A DNA stretch of 64,000 bases from Candidatus Omnitrophota bacterium (GTDB taxonomy: Bacteria; Omnitrophota; Gorgyraeia; Duberdicusellales; 4484-171), in assembly GCA_021735655.1 (NCBI GenBank), contig JAIPGM010000002.1, forward strand, positions 256,001 to 320,000. Reading direction: 5' to 3'. A program made the translations under genes and the position numbers. Position 1 is the stretch's first letter. Each line of letters opens with the position of its first letter. The notes beneath the pieces were generated by a model. It did not search any database, was not told where the DNA came from, and was given only the letters and a program-made list of their open reading frames with translations. Below, piece by piece: positions 9,901 through 17,487 of the stretch.

Positions 9901-10139
9901 AAGCTGAGATACTCAGCCTGAGTTTTTGTTAAGGCGACAATTTCATTTTTTAATTTTGTTAGTTCCCTTTTTGAAGATTTAAGGTTTTCTGACAAGGCAG
10001 AAATTTTTTGTTGTTGCAAGTCAGGCTTAAGGCCAAACTTTGTACCCAGAGTACCTTTTAAAACTGAATCATCTTCGTTGTTAACTAAATACAGTACTAG
10101 GGCAATCGATACTCCAATTACAACAAAAATTAAAGTCAT
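6930..10139 (-). CDS. Elongation factor G paralog with a ~390-aa N-terminal extension (TM anchor + long coiled coil + acidic linker)
   Basis: The 1069-aa ORF is continuous. Residues 1-22 form a TM helix ([21 protein letters not shown]). Residues ~40-260 form a K/E/L/Q heptad-rich coiled coil. Residues ~260-390 are an acidic E/S/P/Q-rich linker. From [27 protein letters not shown]...[25 protein letters not shown] onward it is a full-length EF-G (G domain through domain V, ~678 aa). The ATG at 10139 has a TGnTATAAT element 6 nt upstream and no SD. There is no in-frame stop between the extension and the EF-G body. Confidence 0.8.
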   Translation of the reverse strand: MTLIFVVIGVSIALVLYLVNNEDDSVLKGTLGTKFGLKPDLQQQKISALSENLKSSKRELTKLKNEIVALTKTQAEYLSLQDEHQKLSLKAKELGEEINRNKKWLNSQQLTLKKGKGPYEALRVKLITKEKDLEKEFSRSVQFKKELDQAEEVIKIREVNINQLKDKIISLESELKDQTQRMHQLSKETVAHAAEVAQMKEKQRQSEWVSKEEYSLLEEQSEELKNELEIKSKELELKGKDIEKIDQERIRILNKLREIKRSGVIKDDELADILLIEDGDSQKESSNLENELVQAQPSEPISETKEFEELPSDKESLKEDESLIQGQEGETKDLTQGQPETASEEVTPELSAQEPEIQAEPKPEAVKKVEEPLPERKIELGKIRNIGIMAHIDAGKTTLTERVLFYTGRSHKIGEVHDGAAQMDWMKQEQERGITITSAATTCSWKDCQITIIDTPGHVDFTAEVERSLRVLDGAVAVFCAVGGVESQTETVWRQSDKYHVPKIAFINKMDRVGADFFKVLEEIENTIGAKPVALQIPIGKEGDFKGIIDLINMKMHLYNDESLGKDIRSEDIHESYKEIAQRYRHSLVDRVASYDGKLMEKYLQSEESISKDDLTEALRKATVSNKIVPVFCGSALKNKGVQDLLDAVVAYLPSPAEIPPVIGSDPDDKEKSLERKPQDDEFFSALAFKVQADQHVGKLIYARIYSGCLRAGTYVLNATKNKKERIGRIVRMHANQRENVDAVFAGDIAAIVGLSSTLTGDTLSDIQNPILLESIEFSEPVVSISIKPESRSDQDRMAKGLAKLAEEDPTFNAHTDEETSETILSGMGELHLEIIVERLKEEFKVSAQAGQPKVAYKETILQSTSEEYKHAKQSGGRGQYGHVAIELSPNEEAAGFEFKDSIKGGAIPKNYIPAVEKGIIEAMKKGSYAGYPVVDVKVKLVDGSYHEVDSSELAFKIAARTCFKNAFLKASPVLLEPCMSLEVLTPEEHTSGIVGYLCARRGKILGMDSKGNQKLISAEAPLSEMFGYVTNLRSLSSGRASCSMHFKKYTQVPKEIAQKIIEEQKKVV

Positions 10140-10145
10140 ATTAAA

Positions 10146-10204
10146 ATTATATCATATCTTTGCTATAAACAAAGACTTGAGAGTTAAAATATGCGTGCTA
10201 TAAT
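10146..10204. promoter_or_regulatory. Divergent promoters with -10 hexamers 6 nt from the ATGs (likely leaderless transcripts) for the EF-G fusion (-) and gatB/yqeY (+)
   Basis: Plus strand: TTGAGA(10177..10182), a 16-nt spacer, TATAAT(10199..10204), then 6 nt to the ATG at 10211. Minus strand: an extended -10 TGaTATAAT (TATAAT at 10151..10146), then 6 nt to the ATG at 10139. Neither gene has an SD. Confidence 0.35.
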
Positions 10205-10210
10205 AAGACC

Positions 10211-10657
10211 ATGTTAGAAGAAAAAATTTACCAGGATTTTATAGCTGCCCGCAAAGCCAAAGAAAAGGTGAGTTCTGACCTTCTCGGTATTATTCGCTCA
10301 GAACTCAAAAACAAGGCTATTGATTTAAAAAAAGATAAAGTTGATGATACGGAAGGTTTAACAGGACTCAAAAAACAGCAAAAACGCCTCCTTGATACTA
10401 AAAAAAGTATTGCTCAGTCACAAAGAAACGATTTGATTGCTAACACTAATCAAGAAATCGCCCTTTTAGAAAAATATCTGCCTAAACCGCTTGCTGATGA
10501 TGAATTGATAAAAATTATCGAAATAGCTATTTCGGATGCTAATGCTTCCTCAATTAAAGATATGGGTCGAGTAATGAAAGAAGTGATCGCTAAGGTTGGC
10601 GTTCGGGCTGATTCGAAAAAAGTTAGCCAAATAGTTAAAGAGAAACTTTCAGCTTAA
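10211..10657 (+). CDS. GatB/YqeY domain-containing protein
   Basis: A 148-aa ORF whose pattern of conserved residues (ARKAKEKVSSDLLGIIRSELKN...LEKYLPKPL...IKDMGRVMKEV) is typical of YqeY. Confidence 0.85.
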   Translation: MLEEKIYQDFIAARKAKEKVSSDLLGIIRSELKNKAIDLKKDKVDDTEGLTGLKKQQKRLLDTKKSIAQSQRNDLIANTNQEIALLEKYLPKPLADDELIKIIEIAISDANASSIKDMGRVMKEVIAKVGVRADSKKVSQIVKEKLSA

Positions 10658-10658
10658 T

Positions 10659-10982
10659 TTACCACTCTCCAGACCATTCAACATCGCCACTTTTGCCTAT
10701 GTCTTGAAAAAGCTCCTGAATGAATTCAATAATTGGATGAGTGTTTTTTTGAGCGGCCTTTTTAATTAGATTTTCTAAACGTTGAGGTTTTTCTATTTCC
10801 TCACTAACTTTATCAAAATTAAAATCAACTTCCTTGTCAAAATAGTTTTCTAGATCTTTCATGAAAATTTTTGAATTGTAGTTTTGACGATAATCAGCTA
10901 ACCTAGTTATTTTCTCAGCTCTTTGACGACGAAAAGATTCAAGTCTAGGATCCTCTTTTTCGGGCCTTTTTGAATCACTCAT
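10659..10982 (-). CDS. Hypothetical acidic protein
   Basis: A 107-aa ORF with no recognisable family. It is the last gene of the minus-strand operon. Confidence 0.4.
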   Translation of the reverse strand: MSDSKRPEKEDPRLESFRRQRAEKITRLADYRQNYNSKIFMKDLENYFDKEVDFNFDKVSEEIEKPQRLENLIKKAAQKNTHPIIEFIQELFQDIGKSGDVEWSGEW

Positions 10983-10990
10983 CTTAAATT

Positions 10991-11617
10991 TTAAGGGTTA
11001 ATCTTGTCACGATTCCAAGAATGCCAAGTCCGTTGTTGGTTTTCAATTTTCCAAGAACCATCTTTTTGCTTAACAACTGAAAGATAAATCCCGGCTCCAG
11101 TAGAGCGATTCCATTGATTAGCGACATGCAAGATAGCACGAGTTCTTTGACGGTTAAAACCTACCCGAGAAAGAGTTAAAATTCCTCCTGAACTAGGATA
11201 ACGGTCATAATAACTATCCCAGTGAGGATTATGATCAAAAATATAGTCAATTTCTTTTTGACTAATAATAATGTAATCGACCCGTTGATTTATAAAGCTC
11301 TCTAAAGAATAAGTCCTTACATTCTTGGCCTTAAAATCATTAATAATTTCATCTTCTAGGACAGGCATTTGCTGTCTAACGTAGTCTAGCTCAGTTTCAA
11401 TCGGTCTGCCTAATTGGTAAACGCTGGTATGATCTCGAATCAATATCTCTTTATTTTGCTCATTTGAATACCACTCGTCAACCACCGTTGAGTAAATTAA
11501 ATACTCATCCAGTTCAAAGCCATATTCATTAATACCTAAGGCATTACCTTGGGGTAAAATGATTAAGCAGACAATCACTATGAAGATATAGCGCTTGATT
11601 TCCATTAAAAATATCAC
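10991..11617 (-). CDS. Hypothetical secreted protein (N-terminal signal/TM)
   Basis: A 208-aa ORF with a hydrophobic N-terminus (YIFIVIVCLIILPQGNA). No family recognised. Confidence 0.4.
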   Translation of the reverse strand: MIFLMEIKRYIFIVIVCLIILPQGNALGINEYGFELDEYLIYSTVVDEWYSNEQNKEILIRDHTSVYQLGRPIETELDYVRQQMPVLEDEIINDFKAKNVRTYSLESFINQRVDYIIISQKEIDYIFDHNPHWDSYYDRYPSSGGILTLSRVGFNRQRTRAILHVANQWNRSTGAGIYLSVVKQKDGSWKIENQQRTWHSWNRDKINP

Positions 11618-11639
11618 TAGCTCTAAAGAGGTGAGCTCT

Positions 11640-11873
11640 TTACATCAAAGTTACTGCTTCTTGAATGAATGGTAAGATTGCTTCAGCTTCTTCTTTAGAA
11701 ACTCTTCCTAAACGGGTAAGCCTAAAGTCACCGTTTGAATCCCGATTTTCGCGGGTAATTTGCAACTTCTTAGCACCTTTGTTGTAAGAAAATACCCCGA
11801 CTGTGACTTTTGTTGTTTCTGATTCCCAAGATTTAGAAAAAATCTTCTCGTCTAAATTGCTATCGTATGGCAT
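11640..11873 (-). CDS. Small PC4/YdbC-like putative ssDNA-binding protein
   Basis: A 77-aa ORF. The pattern SKSWESETTKVTVGVFSYNKGAKKLQITRENRD...RLGRVSKEEAEAIL resembles the bacterial PC4-like YdbC fold (W...R/K...ISLSEEE motif). This is a weak, memory-based call. Confidence 0.4.
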   Translation of the reverse strand: MPYDSNLDEKIFSKSWESETTKVTVGVFSYNKGAKKLQITRENRDSNGDFRLTRLGRVSKEEAEAILPFIQEAVTLM

Positions 11874-11922
11874 ATGCCCTCCTTTTTAACCGATTTATTA
11901 TATCACATAATTTACAATTCGA

Positions 11923-12642
11923 CTATTCCTGTGCCGAATGAGTTGTATGTTTTTCAACAAAAAGTACTATTTTTTCTTGAATTTCAGGATTTATGTCATT
12001 AAATTCAAGCCCCATACCGGGAAAATCTTCCGGCTGTATCTCTTGGTCAGAAATCCAGACTATTTTAGCATCAACTTCAAGTGTACCTGGTTCAGGAATT
12101 AGGTGTATTCGAGTATGTAATAAATCACCCATTGAAAATAATTTTTGGGCAGCTACAAAAACTCCATCCCCGCTTAAATTGATAATTTTTCCGCTATAGA
12201 ACTCATCTTGACTAGAAAACTTCTGTCGGTATTCAATACTGGAGTTAAACGGTATTCGTTTAAAGCGTCGACGAAACTGACTGTCTGATGACTCAATGAT
12301 ATTCTTTTCTTCCTTAATCTTCTTTATCGCATGATCTTCGGTAACATGATATTCAAAGATTCGATCTAAACCTACGATTGAAAATAATTTCATTACATGG
12401 GAGGGAACATTGCATAGCTTCATTGCTCCCTGATGATTCGATACATTTTTATAAATTACGGCAATAAGTGATATGCCTACATAATCAATTAAATTAACAC
12501 CTTCAAAATTACAAATGACGTTCTTGGATTTATTACTAAGAACCCAGCCAACAGTTTCAACAAAATTAGAGGCATTGATATCAATATTCCCTTCTAGGTC
12601 CAAAATGGCCATGCCCTCTTTTTCACGAATATCTATCTTCAT
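11923..12642 (-). CDS. STAS (anti-sigma-factor antagonist, SpoIIAA-like) - PilZ fusion protein
   Basis: The N-terminal ~110 aa resemble an anti-anti-sigma STAS domain (MKIDIREKEGMAILDLEGNIDINASNFVETV...). The C-terminal domain carries both canonical PilZ c-di-GMP motifs, RRFKR (RxxxR) and NLSGDG (D/NxSxxG), about 25 aa apart. Confidence 0.7.
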   Translation of the reverse strand: MKIDIREKEGMAILDLEGNIDINASNFVETVGWVLSNKSKNVICNFEGVNLIDYVGISLIAVIYKNVSNHQGAMKLCNVPSHVMKLFSIVGLDRIFEYHVTEDHAIKKIKEEKNIIESSDSQFRRRFKRIPFNSSIEYRQKFSSQDEFYSGKIINLSGDGVFVAAQKLFSMGDLLHTRIHLIPEPGTLEVDAKIVWISDQEIQPEDFPGMGLEFNDINPEIQEKIVLFVEKHTTHSAQE

Positions 12643-12686
12643 TTGTCTCGACGAAATTACCCCTCTAGGGATTTGGTTAAGTTACC

Positions 12687-13421
12687 TTAGACAATTATGC
12701 TCAGAATTGCTACTAAAATACAGTAATAACCAAAAATAGCAAATTTCTCAGATTTTAGCACTTTTTTGACTATTTTCAAAGCTAAAAATCCTGAAGCAAA
12801 TGCGGCCACAAAACCTCCACTAGCAGCCAAAATTGACATATTTAAGTCGGGTAGCTCCTTCATTTTTAGCAAAAATGCCCCTAAGGTAACTGGGATCATC
12901 ATTAAAAACGAGGTCGTAAACGCCTCTTTTGGTTTAAAACCCCTACCGATCAATCCAACGATAGTAATCCCTGAACGAGATATCCCTGGAAATATAGCTA
13001 AGCCCTGCAATAACCCGATAAATAATGATTCTTTTGTGGTAACAGTATCATAATTTCGCTGTCCGAAAACTTTTTTCATACTAAGCAAAATTAGACCATT
13101 TATGATGAGAAGTAAACCAATCCAAAGTTTATTTTCAAAAAAACCAACTAAAAAAGTGTTAATAGCTAGGCCAATTATTGCAGTAACTAGGGTAGTTATC
13201 CCTAATTGAATCAAAATCCTTCTTTTAGACAAAACTGACAATATGTCTCGACGTAAAAAAATAACGACTGCCAACAAAGTTGCTAAATGAAGAAGAACAA
13301 AGAAAGGAAGTAAATTTTGGCTAAAAGACAAAAGTCTTTTTATGATATAAAGATGTCCGGAGCTACTTATTGGAAGGAATTCAGTTAATCCTTGAGTAAT
13401 GCCCAAAGCTATGGTTTTCAC
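12687..13421 (-). CDS. uppP: Undecaprenyl-diphosphate phosphatase (BacA/UppP)
   Basis: A 244-aa polytopic membrane protein with the UppP signatures TEFLPISSSGHL and PGISRSGITI. Confidence 0.9.
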   Translation of the reverse strand: MKTIALGITQGLTEFLPISSSGHLYIIKRLLSFSQNLLPFFVLLHLATLLAVVIFLRRDILSVLSKRRILIQLGITTLVTAIIGLAINTFLVGFFENKLWIGLLLIINGLILLSMKKVFGQRNYDTVTTKESLFIGLLQGLAIFPGISRSGITIVGLIGRGFKPKEAFTTSFLMMIPVTLGAFLLKMKELPDLNMSILAASGGFVAAFASGFLALKIVKKVLKSEKFAIFGYYCILVAILSIIV

Positions 13422-13425
13422 TAAA

Positions 13426-14121
13426 TTAACCCTTTAAAAGAAGATAAAGCAAAGCGCCAAAAATAATTATACCAATAGCCAGTATGGTATATTCAAGAAT
13501 CCCTGCCTTGCTTTTATTAAGTGGGATATCATCTAACACAAATTCCTCTTCAGGTTCGCTAACCGGTGTTTTTTTCGGCTCTGGCTCCGGTTCTGGTTCT
13601 GGCTCGGGAAGAATTTCCTCTTTTTCTGGTTCGGCCAAAGTTTCAGCGGGAACTGGCTCAATATTTTCGGAAGGCTTTCCTTGATTAGACTCTGGTTCCA
13701 AAGAAGCCAAGGCCTCTTCGGTTTTTTCAGGAACAATTTCAGTTATCTCCTCAGAAACAACTGGCGTTTCTTTAATTTCTGGCTCTGGTTCTATAGCTGG
13801 TATCTCTGAAGAAATATCAGCTGCACCAGGCACATATTCCATATCCTCTCTTGGCTCAACCGGCAAAGCCGGTTCAGGAGCTAACTCTGGTTGAATCTCT
13901 GGAACTTCTTTTTCAACTGAAGGTGTTATTACTGGCTCTGGCTGAGCTTCTTCTGATTTTACCGATTCTTCGTCAATAGCCAACTTATCCATGAGTTCGC
14001 CTAAAGTACTCCGACAATCATGGCAAACACAAAGATGCTCTTCAACATTTTTTATTTCATCTTCATTCGCAGTGTGATTAAAATATTTAGGAATTATAAT
14101 TTTAATTTCTTCGCAGTCCAT
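13426..14121 (-). CDS. Putative membrane-anchored zf-HC2 anti-sigma factor with a Pro/Glu-rich repeat linker
   Basis: The N-terminus carries HLCVCHDC, the Hx3Cx2C zinc motif of ChrR/RsrA-type anti-sigma factors. The middle ~130 aa are PE-rich and include PEPEPEPEPEP. The C-terminus has one TM helix (ILAIGIIIFGALLYLLL). No ECF sigma gene is adjacent. Confidence 0.55.
   Translation of the reverse strand: MDCEEIKIIIPKYFNHTANEDEIKNVEEHLCVCHDCRSTLGELMDKLAIDEESVKSEEAQPEPVITPSVEKEVPEIQPELAPEPALPVEPREDMEYVPGAADISSEIPAIEPEPEIKETPVVSEEITEIVPEKTEEALASLEPESNQGKPSENIEPVPAETLAEPEKEEILPEPEPEPEPEPKKTPVSEPEEEFVLDDIPLNKSKAGILEYTILAIGIIIFGALLYLLLKG
13545..13625. repeat. Short tandem GGYTCYGGY-type repeat encoding a (PE)n low-complexity run
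   Basis: Seen in sequence: ggctctggctccggttctggttctggctcggg. It generates the spurious plus-strand ORFs 13484..13684 and 13533..13736. Confidence 0.5.
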
Positions 14122-14160
14122 ACAGCCTCTCCTTTTTTTAAGGATATATGATTTTGTAAT

Positions 14161-14188
14161 ATTATAGCATAGAGAGACCCTATCGCAA
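14161..14188 (-). promoter_or_regulatory. Sigma-70-like promoter for the anti-sigma / uppP / STAS-PilZ operon
   Basis: On the minus strand: TTGCGA (14188..14183), a 16-nt spacer, TATAAT (14166..14161). The SD AAAGGAGAGG precedes the ATG at 14121. Confidence 0.35.
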
Positions 14189-14230
14189 GAAAATATTTTA
14201 ACCAGAGAGGTTATTTAACTTAAAATAGCC

Positions 14231-16201
14231 CTAAAAGCTTACTTTACAACCGGCAAAGAAGTTTCTTTCTGGAGAAGGATAAAGTCCTCGCGTGGTACCG
14301 GTAAGATTAGTTGCAGCGTACTCACTGTAAAGTTCGTTAAATAAATTATTAACACCGGCAAAAAGCTCTAACTTTTTTCCGGTATAACTTAATTTTATAT
14401 TAGTTGTGTTGTAACTTTTTAACTTAGGGCTGATATTATTAAGATCATTAATTAAATAAACTTTATCTCGATAAAGATAATCAGCAAAAAATGAAAAGCG
14501 TTCAAAAAAATCATATTTTACCGAAGCTGTAAGCATAGCCTTAGGAACGAAAGGAACTTCCTTTCCAGCGTAAACACCGCCACGGAATTTCGCATCGATA
14601 AAGCGATAGCCGAGAGTAAACTTTGTATTGTCAAATGGGGTAAGGGTTGTAGTGAGATTCGCACCTTGACGACGAATTTTACTATAATTTTCGTTAGCGA
14701 ACGTCCCTGGGTTGTAGTATATTTCGTTATTAACATTCATTTGAAAATAATCCAAAGATGTGGTTAAAAAGTCAGTTAAACGCATATTGGCCCCCAAACT
14801 TATAGTTTTAGAACGTTGTGGTTTTAAATTTGTATTAATTGCTGCAGCCGGCCAAGTAACTAAGTATTCATCGGTCTTACCGACCCTCAAACCTCGCGAA
14901 AAATTAAGATAAATATTACTTTCGTTATCGATTTTATAGTTAAGTCCAGTTTCATACAAGCCTTCTCGAAAATTCAATCCATCATCAGTGCTTGTAGAAC
15001 CAAAATAATCAAAAGTAAACTTTTCTTTTTGCACCCTAGCCCCTAAATGCCCAGCAAGTTTTTCATTAAAGCTAATTTCATCCTGTAAAAACCAAGCTAG
15101 GCTCTGTCGATCAATGTCAGTAGCCGCGCTTGAGGTATCAGCTGATAAATCCGAACTATAAAATTCAAATCCGGCAATTAGCTCTTGTTGAATTCCTCTA
15201 GTATCAAAAGACAATAATAGTTGTGGCCGCGCTTGAAAATTAGTTATATGTTTGTCAGTAGACATGCTATAAGAAAGTAAATCCTCCAACTCATTTCGGT
15301 TACGATAAAATAAATCAACTGAAGCAATCAGCTCAGGTGAAAACTCGTTTTTAATAGTTAAGCCTAAAGTATTATCCTCTCGTTGATAGTTATTTAAAGG
15401 AGTTGTTGAGTCACGACGTGAAGTTCCAGCTAACCGTTCAGCTTCGGTTATATCATCTGGCAATCCATAGATATATTCGTGATGAGTCAAGTCAGCACTT
15501 ATCTCTAACTGTTCGGTAGGCCTAGAGTTTAGTTCTATTGAGCTGTATTTTGAGCGGTAATGACTATTTTGACGATAACCACTTGTTGAATGGTACTCAG
15601 AAAATGTGCGAAACGATAAAAGGTCTTCTCCACCTGAGGCTGAAATAGACTCTTTGGTCGAGCGGTAACTTCCGGCTTCAAAGTTAACTTCAACTGAAAG
15701 ATCCTTAGCTTGAGGATCTTTTGAAATAATATTAACTATTCCTCCGGCAGCACCCTCTCCATACAGGACAACTCCGCCACCCCGGATTACTTCTATTCGT
15801 TCAACATTTTTTAAGGGCAACTCAGTCCAGTTAACTCCGCTCATATCGATTTCATTAATTTTTCGACCATTCACTAAAACCAGCATGTTTGATGCAGCAT
15901 TATCACCAAAACCCATCATATCAACAGTTGTCTTAACGTTAGTTCCGTAATAATCGCTGACGTGTAACGACGGAACATTTCTTAAGAAATCAATTACTGT
16001 GCTTGATCCGCTAGCCTTGATATGTTTCTCGGTATATACTTTGGTCGCATAAGGAGTTTCAGAAATTGTTGTTTCTTCTACTCCGGCATAAGGAGTTACT
16101 ACTATTTGCTCTAAATCTATTTGTCCTTGCGCCAACAAAGGACTTAATGATCCAAATTGAATAGTCAAAAATAATATTAAAAATACAAAACACCTTTTCA
16201 T
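14231..16201 (-). CDS. TonB-dependent outer-membrane receptor (BtuB-like, downstream of a cobalamin riboswitch)
   Basis: A signal peptide (MKRCFVFLILFLTIQFGSLSPLLAQG) is followed by a plug domain and a 22-strand barrel that ends in a terminal Phe (GCKVSF). The start is taken as the ATG at 16201, which has a GGAGGGGG SD, rather than the upstream GTG used by the ORF track. Confidence 0.85.
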   Translation of the reverse strand: MKRCFVFLILFLTIQFGSLSPLLAQGQIDLEQIVVTPYAGVEETTISETPYATKVYTEKHIKASGSSTVIDFLRNVPSLHVSDYYGTNVKTTVDMMGFGDNAASNMLVLVNGRKINEIDMSGVNWTELPLKNVERIEVIRGGGVVLYGEGAAGGIVNIISKDPQAKDLSVEVNFEAGSYRSTKESISASGGEDLLSFRTFSEYHSTSGYRQNSHYRSKYSSIELNSRPTEQLEISADLTHHEYIYGLPDDITEAERLAGTSRRDSTTPLNNYQREDNTLGLTIKNEFSPELIASVDLFYRNRNELEDLLSYSMSTDKHITNFQARPQLLLSFDTRGIQQELIAGFEFYSSDLSADTSSAATDIDRQSLAWFLQDEISFNEKLAGHLGARVQKEKFTFDYFGSTSTDDGLNFREGLYETGLNYKIDNESNIYLNFSRGLRVGKTDEYLVTWPAAAINTNLKPQRSKTISLGANMRLTDFLTTSLDYFQMNVNNEIYYNPGTFANENYSKIRRQGANLTTTLTPFDNTKFTLGYRFIDAKFRGGVYAGKEVPFVPKAMLTASVKYDFFERFSFFADYLYRDKVYLINDLNNISPKLKSYNTTNIKLSYTGKKLELFAGVNNLFNELYSEYAATNLTGTTRGLYPSPERNFFAGCKVSF

Positions 16202-16227
16202 ACTACCCCCTCCTTTAAAACTAATCT

Positions 16228-16262
16228 TAAAATAAAAAAACCCTATACCTTCTGGTATAGGG
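16228..16262 (-). terminator. Rho-independent terminator / riboswitch expression-platform hairpin upstream of the TonB receptor
   Basis: Minus-strand RNA CCCUAUACC-AGAA-GGUAUAGGG is followed by UUUUUUUAUUUU. It forms a perfect 9-bp stem, lies between the cobalamin aptamer and the receptor start codon, and fits attenuation control. Confidence 0.55.
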
Positions 16263-16329
16263 TGCACCCTGATTTACTTGGCCCTAAAATAAAAAAATTC
16301 AGGTAATGTTTCCACGCAAAACCTAAACT

Positions 16330-16520
16330 TTGCTTCTTACGGCAGGTCTTCTGACTTCCCTACATCTTTTAGCTACCTTCCCACCTGCATTTTAAAACAG
16401 ATAGTGGTTTAAATCGCTAAAAGGGCCCTAAAATTATCTCTAGGGGTCGGGATCACAGCACCGGGAGTGTCTCCGATTCTCACGGAGTTCCCTATTAAGC
16501 TCCTTTTGAGCACCGTAAAA
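16330..16520 (-). promoter_or_regulatory. Cobalamin (AdoCbl) riboswitch
   Basis: The minus-strand RNA contains GGUGCU...UUAAUAGGGAACUCCGUGAGAAUCGGAG...CCCGGUGCUGUGA...ACCACUAUC...GCAGGUGGGAAGGUAGC. It matches the cobalamin aptamer consensus elements AGGGAA, GUGnnAAUC, CCCG-ACUGU-like, a B12-box-like CCACU and a distal GGGAAGG. It lies upstream of the TonB receptor (the classic btuB arrangement), with a consensus promoter upstream and a terminator downstream. Confidence 0.6.
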
Positions 16521-16550
16521 TTAGCTACTTTTATACAAAGAACATCTGTA

Positions 16551-16578
16551 TTATAACTTACAACTTTAACCTGTCAAC
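16551..16578 (-). promoter_or_regulatory. Consensus sigma-70 promoter driving the cobalamin-riboswitch leader
   Basis: On the minus strand: TTGACA (16578..16573), a 16-nt spacer, TATAAT (16556..16551). This is a perfect consensus. Confidence 0.5.
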
Positions 16579-16720
16579 ATAAATAGCTCTTCATTTTCGC
16601 TAATTTCAAGGCTTTAATTTTACTGAAACTACTTTCAGCAAAGTTAAAAACTACCTTGAAATATGCATATAAATATGTTATATTTTCCTGAATCGCTAAT
16701 ATATTTAAATAGCAATAACT

Positions 16721-16873
16721 ATGAAAAAATCATTTACTTTAATCGAACTCATTGTAATTATGATAATCACCGCTCTCCTAACGATCATTATTAAGCCTCG
16801 GGTTTTTATAAGCGCAGAAAAAGCCTATATGGGGCAAAAAAATAAAGCCTTCTTCCTTTCATCTTTCCAATAA
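16721..16873 (+). CDS. Small type IV prepilin-like peptide (50 aa; class III signal-like N-terminus)
   Basis: Manual translation gives MKKSFTLIELIVIMIITALLTIIIKPRVFISAEKAYMGQKNKAFFLSSFQ*. FTLIELIV(I) is the hallmark N-terminal motif of type IV pilins/pseudopilins, with Ser rather than Gly at -1. A TTGAAA-17-TATATT promoter-like element lies at ~16657..16685. It is absent from the ORF track, probably because it is too short. Confidence 0.45.
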   Translation: MKKSFTLIELIVIMIITALLTIIIKPRVFISAEKAYMGQKNKAFFLSSFQ

Positions 16874-16883
16874 AATGACCGAT

Positions 16884-16956
16884 TTTAAAACATGCCCCCA
16901 TCCCGACTCGAACGGGAATTTCAGCCTTAGGAGGGCCGCGCTCTATCCTGTTGAGC
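16884..16956 (-). tRNA. tRNA-Arg (anticodon CCU)
   Basis: The 73-nt sequence is GCCCCTATAGCTCAACAGGATAGAGCGCGGCCCTCCTAAGGCTGAAATTCCCGTTCGAGTCGGGATGGGGGCA. The cloverleaf was checked by hand. The acceptor has 7 bp (one G-U). The D stem is GCTC/GAGC. The anticodon stem has 5 bp around the loop CUCCUAA (U33, CCU, A37). The T stem has 5 bp around the loop TTCGAGT. The discriminator is A and no CCA is encoded. Confidence 0.9.
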
Positions 16957-16974
16957 TATAGGGGCGACGAATGG

Positions 16975-17487
16975 TTAGTATTTGATGAGGGAATAAACTG
17001 GATAGTCTATAATCTTGTCTTTACCTTTAAGGCCAACAAGCTCGATTAAAAAAGCAATACCAACAATCTCGGCCTTGAGTTCTTTTGCTAGATTAACCAT
17101 AGCATTAGCAGTTCCGCCAATTGCCAGTAAATCGTCTAGGATTAAGACCTTAGCTCCTTCAGGGAAAGCATCCTTGTGAATTTCTAAGGAGTCCTCTCCG
17201 TACTCTAAAGCATAAGTATGACTATGAGTCTCAGCCGGAAGCTTTCCCGGTTTTCTGACCGGGACAAAACCACAACCTAATTTATAAGCCAATGCTCCAC
17301 CAAAAATAAAACCGCGAGATTCAGCAGCCACAATATAGTCAAACTGAAGATCTTTAAGTAATTCTGCCAATTGATCAATCGCCAATCTAAAAGCCTCTTT
17401 ATTATTCAATAATGTAGTAATGTCACGAAACAAAATACCTTTCCTAGGGAAGTCAGGAATAGCCCTTATGTATTTGCTAAGTTCCAT
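16975..17487 (-). CDS. apt: Adenine phosphoribosyltransferase
   Basis: A 170-aa ORF with the PRTase motif VLILDDLLAIGGTA and the typical Apt N-terminus (IPDFPRKGILFRDIT). Confidence 0.9.
   Translation of the reverse strand: MELSKYIRAIPDFPRKGILFRDITTLLNNKEAFRLAIDQLAELLKDLQFDYIVAAESRGFIFGGALAYKLGCGFVPVRKPGKLPAETHSHTYALEYGEDSLEIHKDAFPEGAKVLILDDLLAIGGTANAMVNLAKELKAEIVGIAFLIELVGLKGKDKIIDYPVYSLIKY

Noticed and set aside
6930-10139. The possibility that the 1069-aa ORF is two adjacent genes (a coiled-coil membrane protein plus fusA) merged by the ORF caller
   Set aside because: There is no in-frame stop anywhere between the domains. No ATG occurs in the ~190 codons preceding the EF-G G-domain. In an AT-rich genome an open 1.2-kb non-coding frame would be improbable. 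An internal non-ATG start cannot be excluded without data.
14231-16267. ORF-track start (GTG at 16267) of the TonB receptor
   Set aside because: It would add 22 residues ahead of a typical signal peptide and would run through the terminator hairpin. The ATG at 16201 has a GGAGGGGG SD.
16268-16560. Structured-looking leader considered as an independent small RNA
   Set aside because: Its position is promoter-proximal and immediately upstream of a TonB receptor with an intervening terminator. Its cobalamin-aptamer boxes fit a cis-acting B12 riboswitch better.
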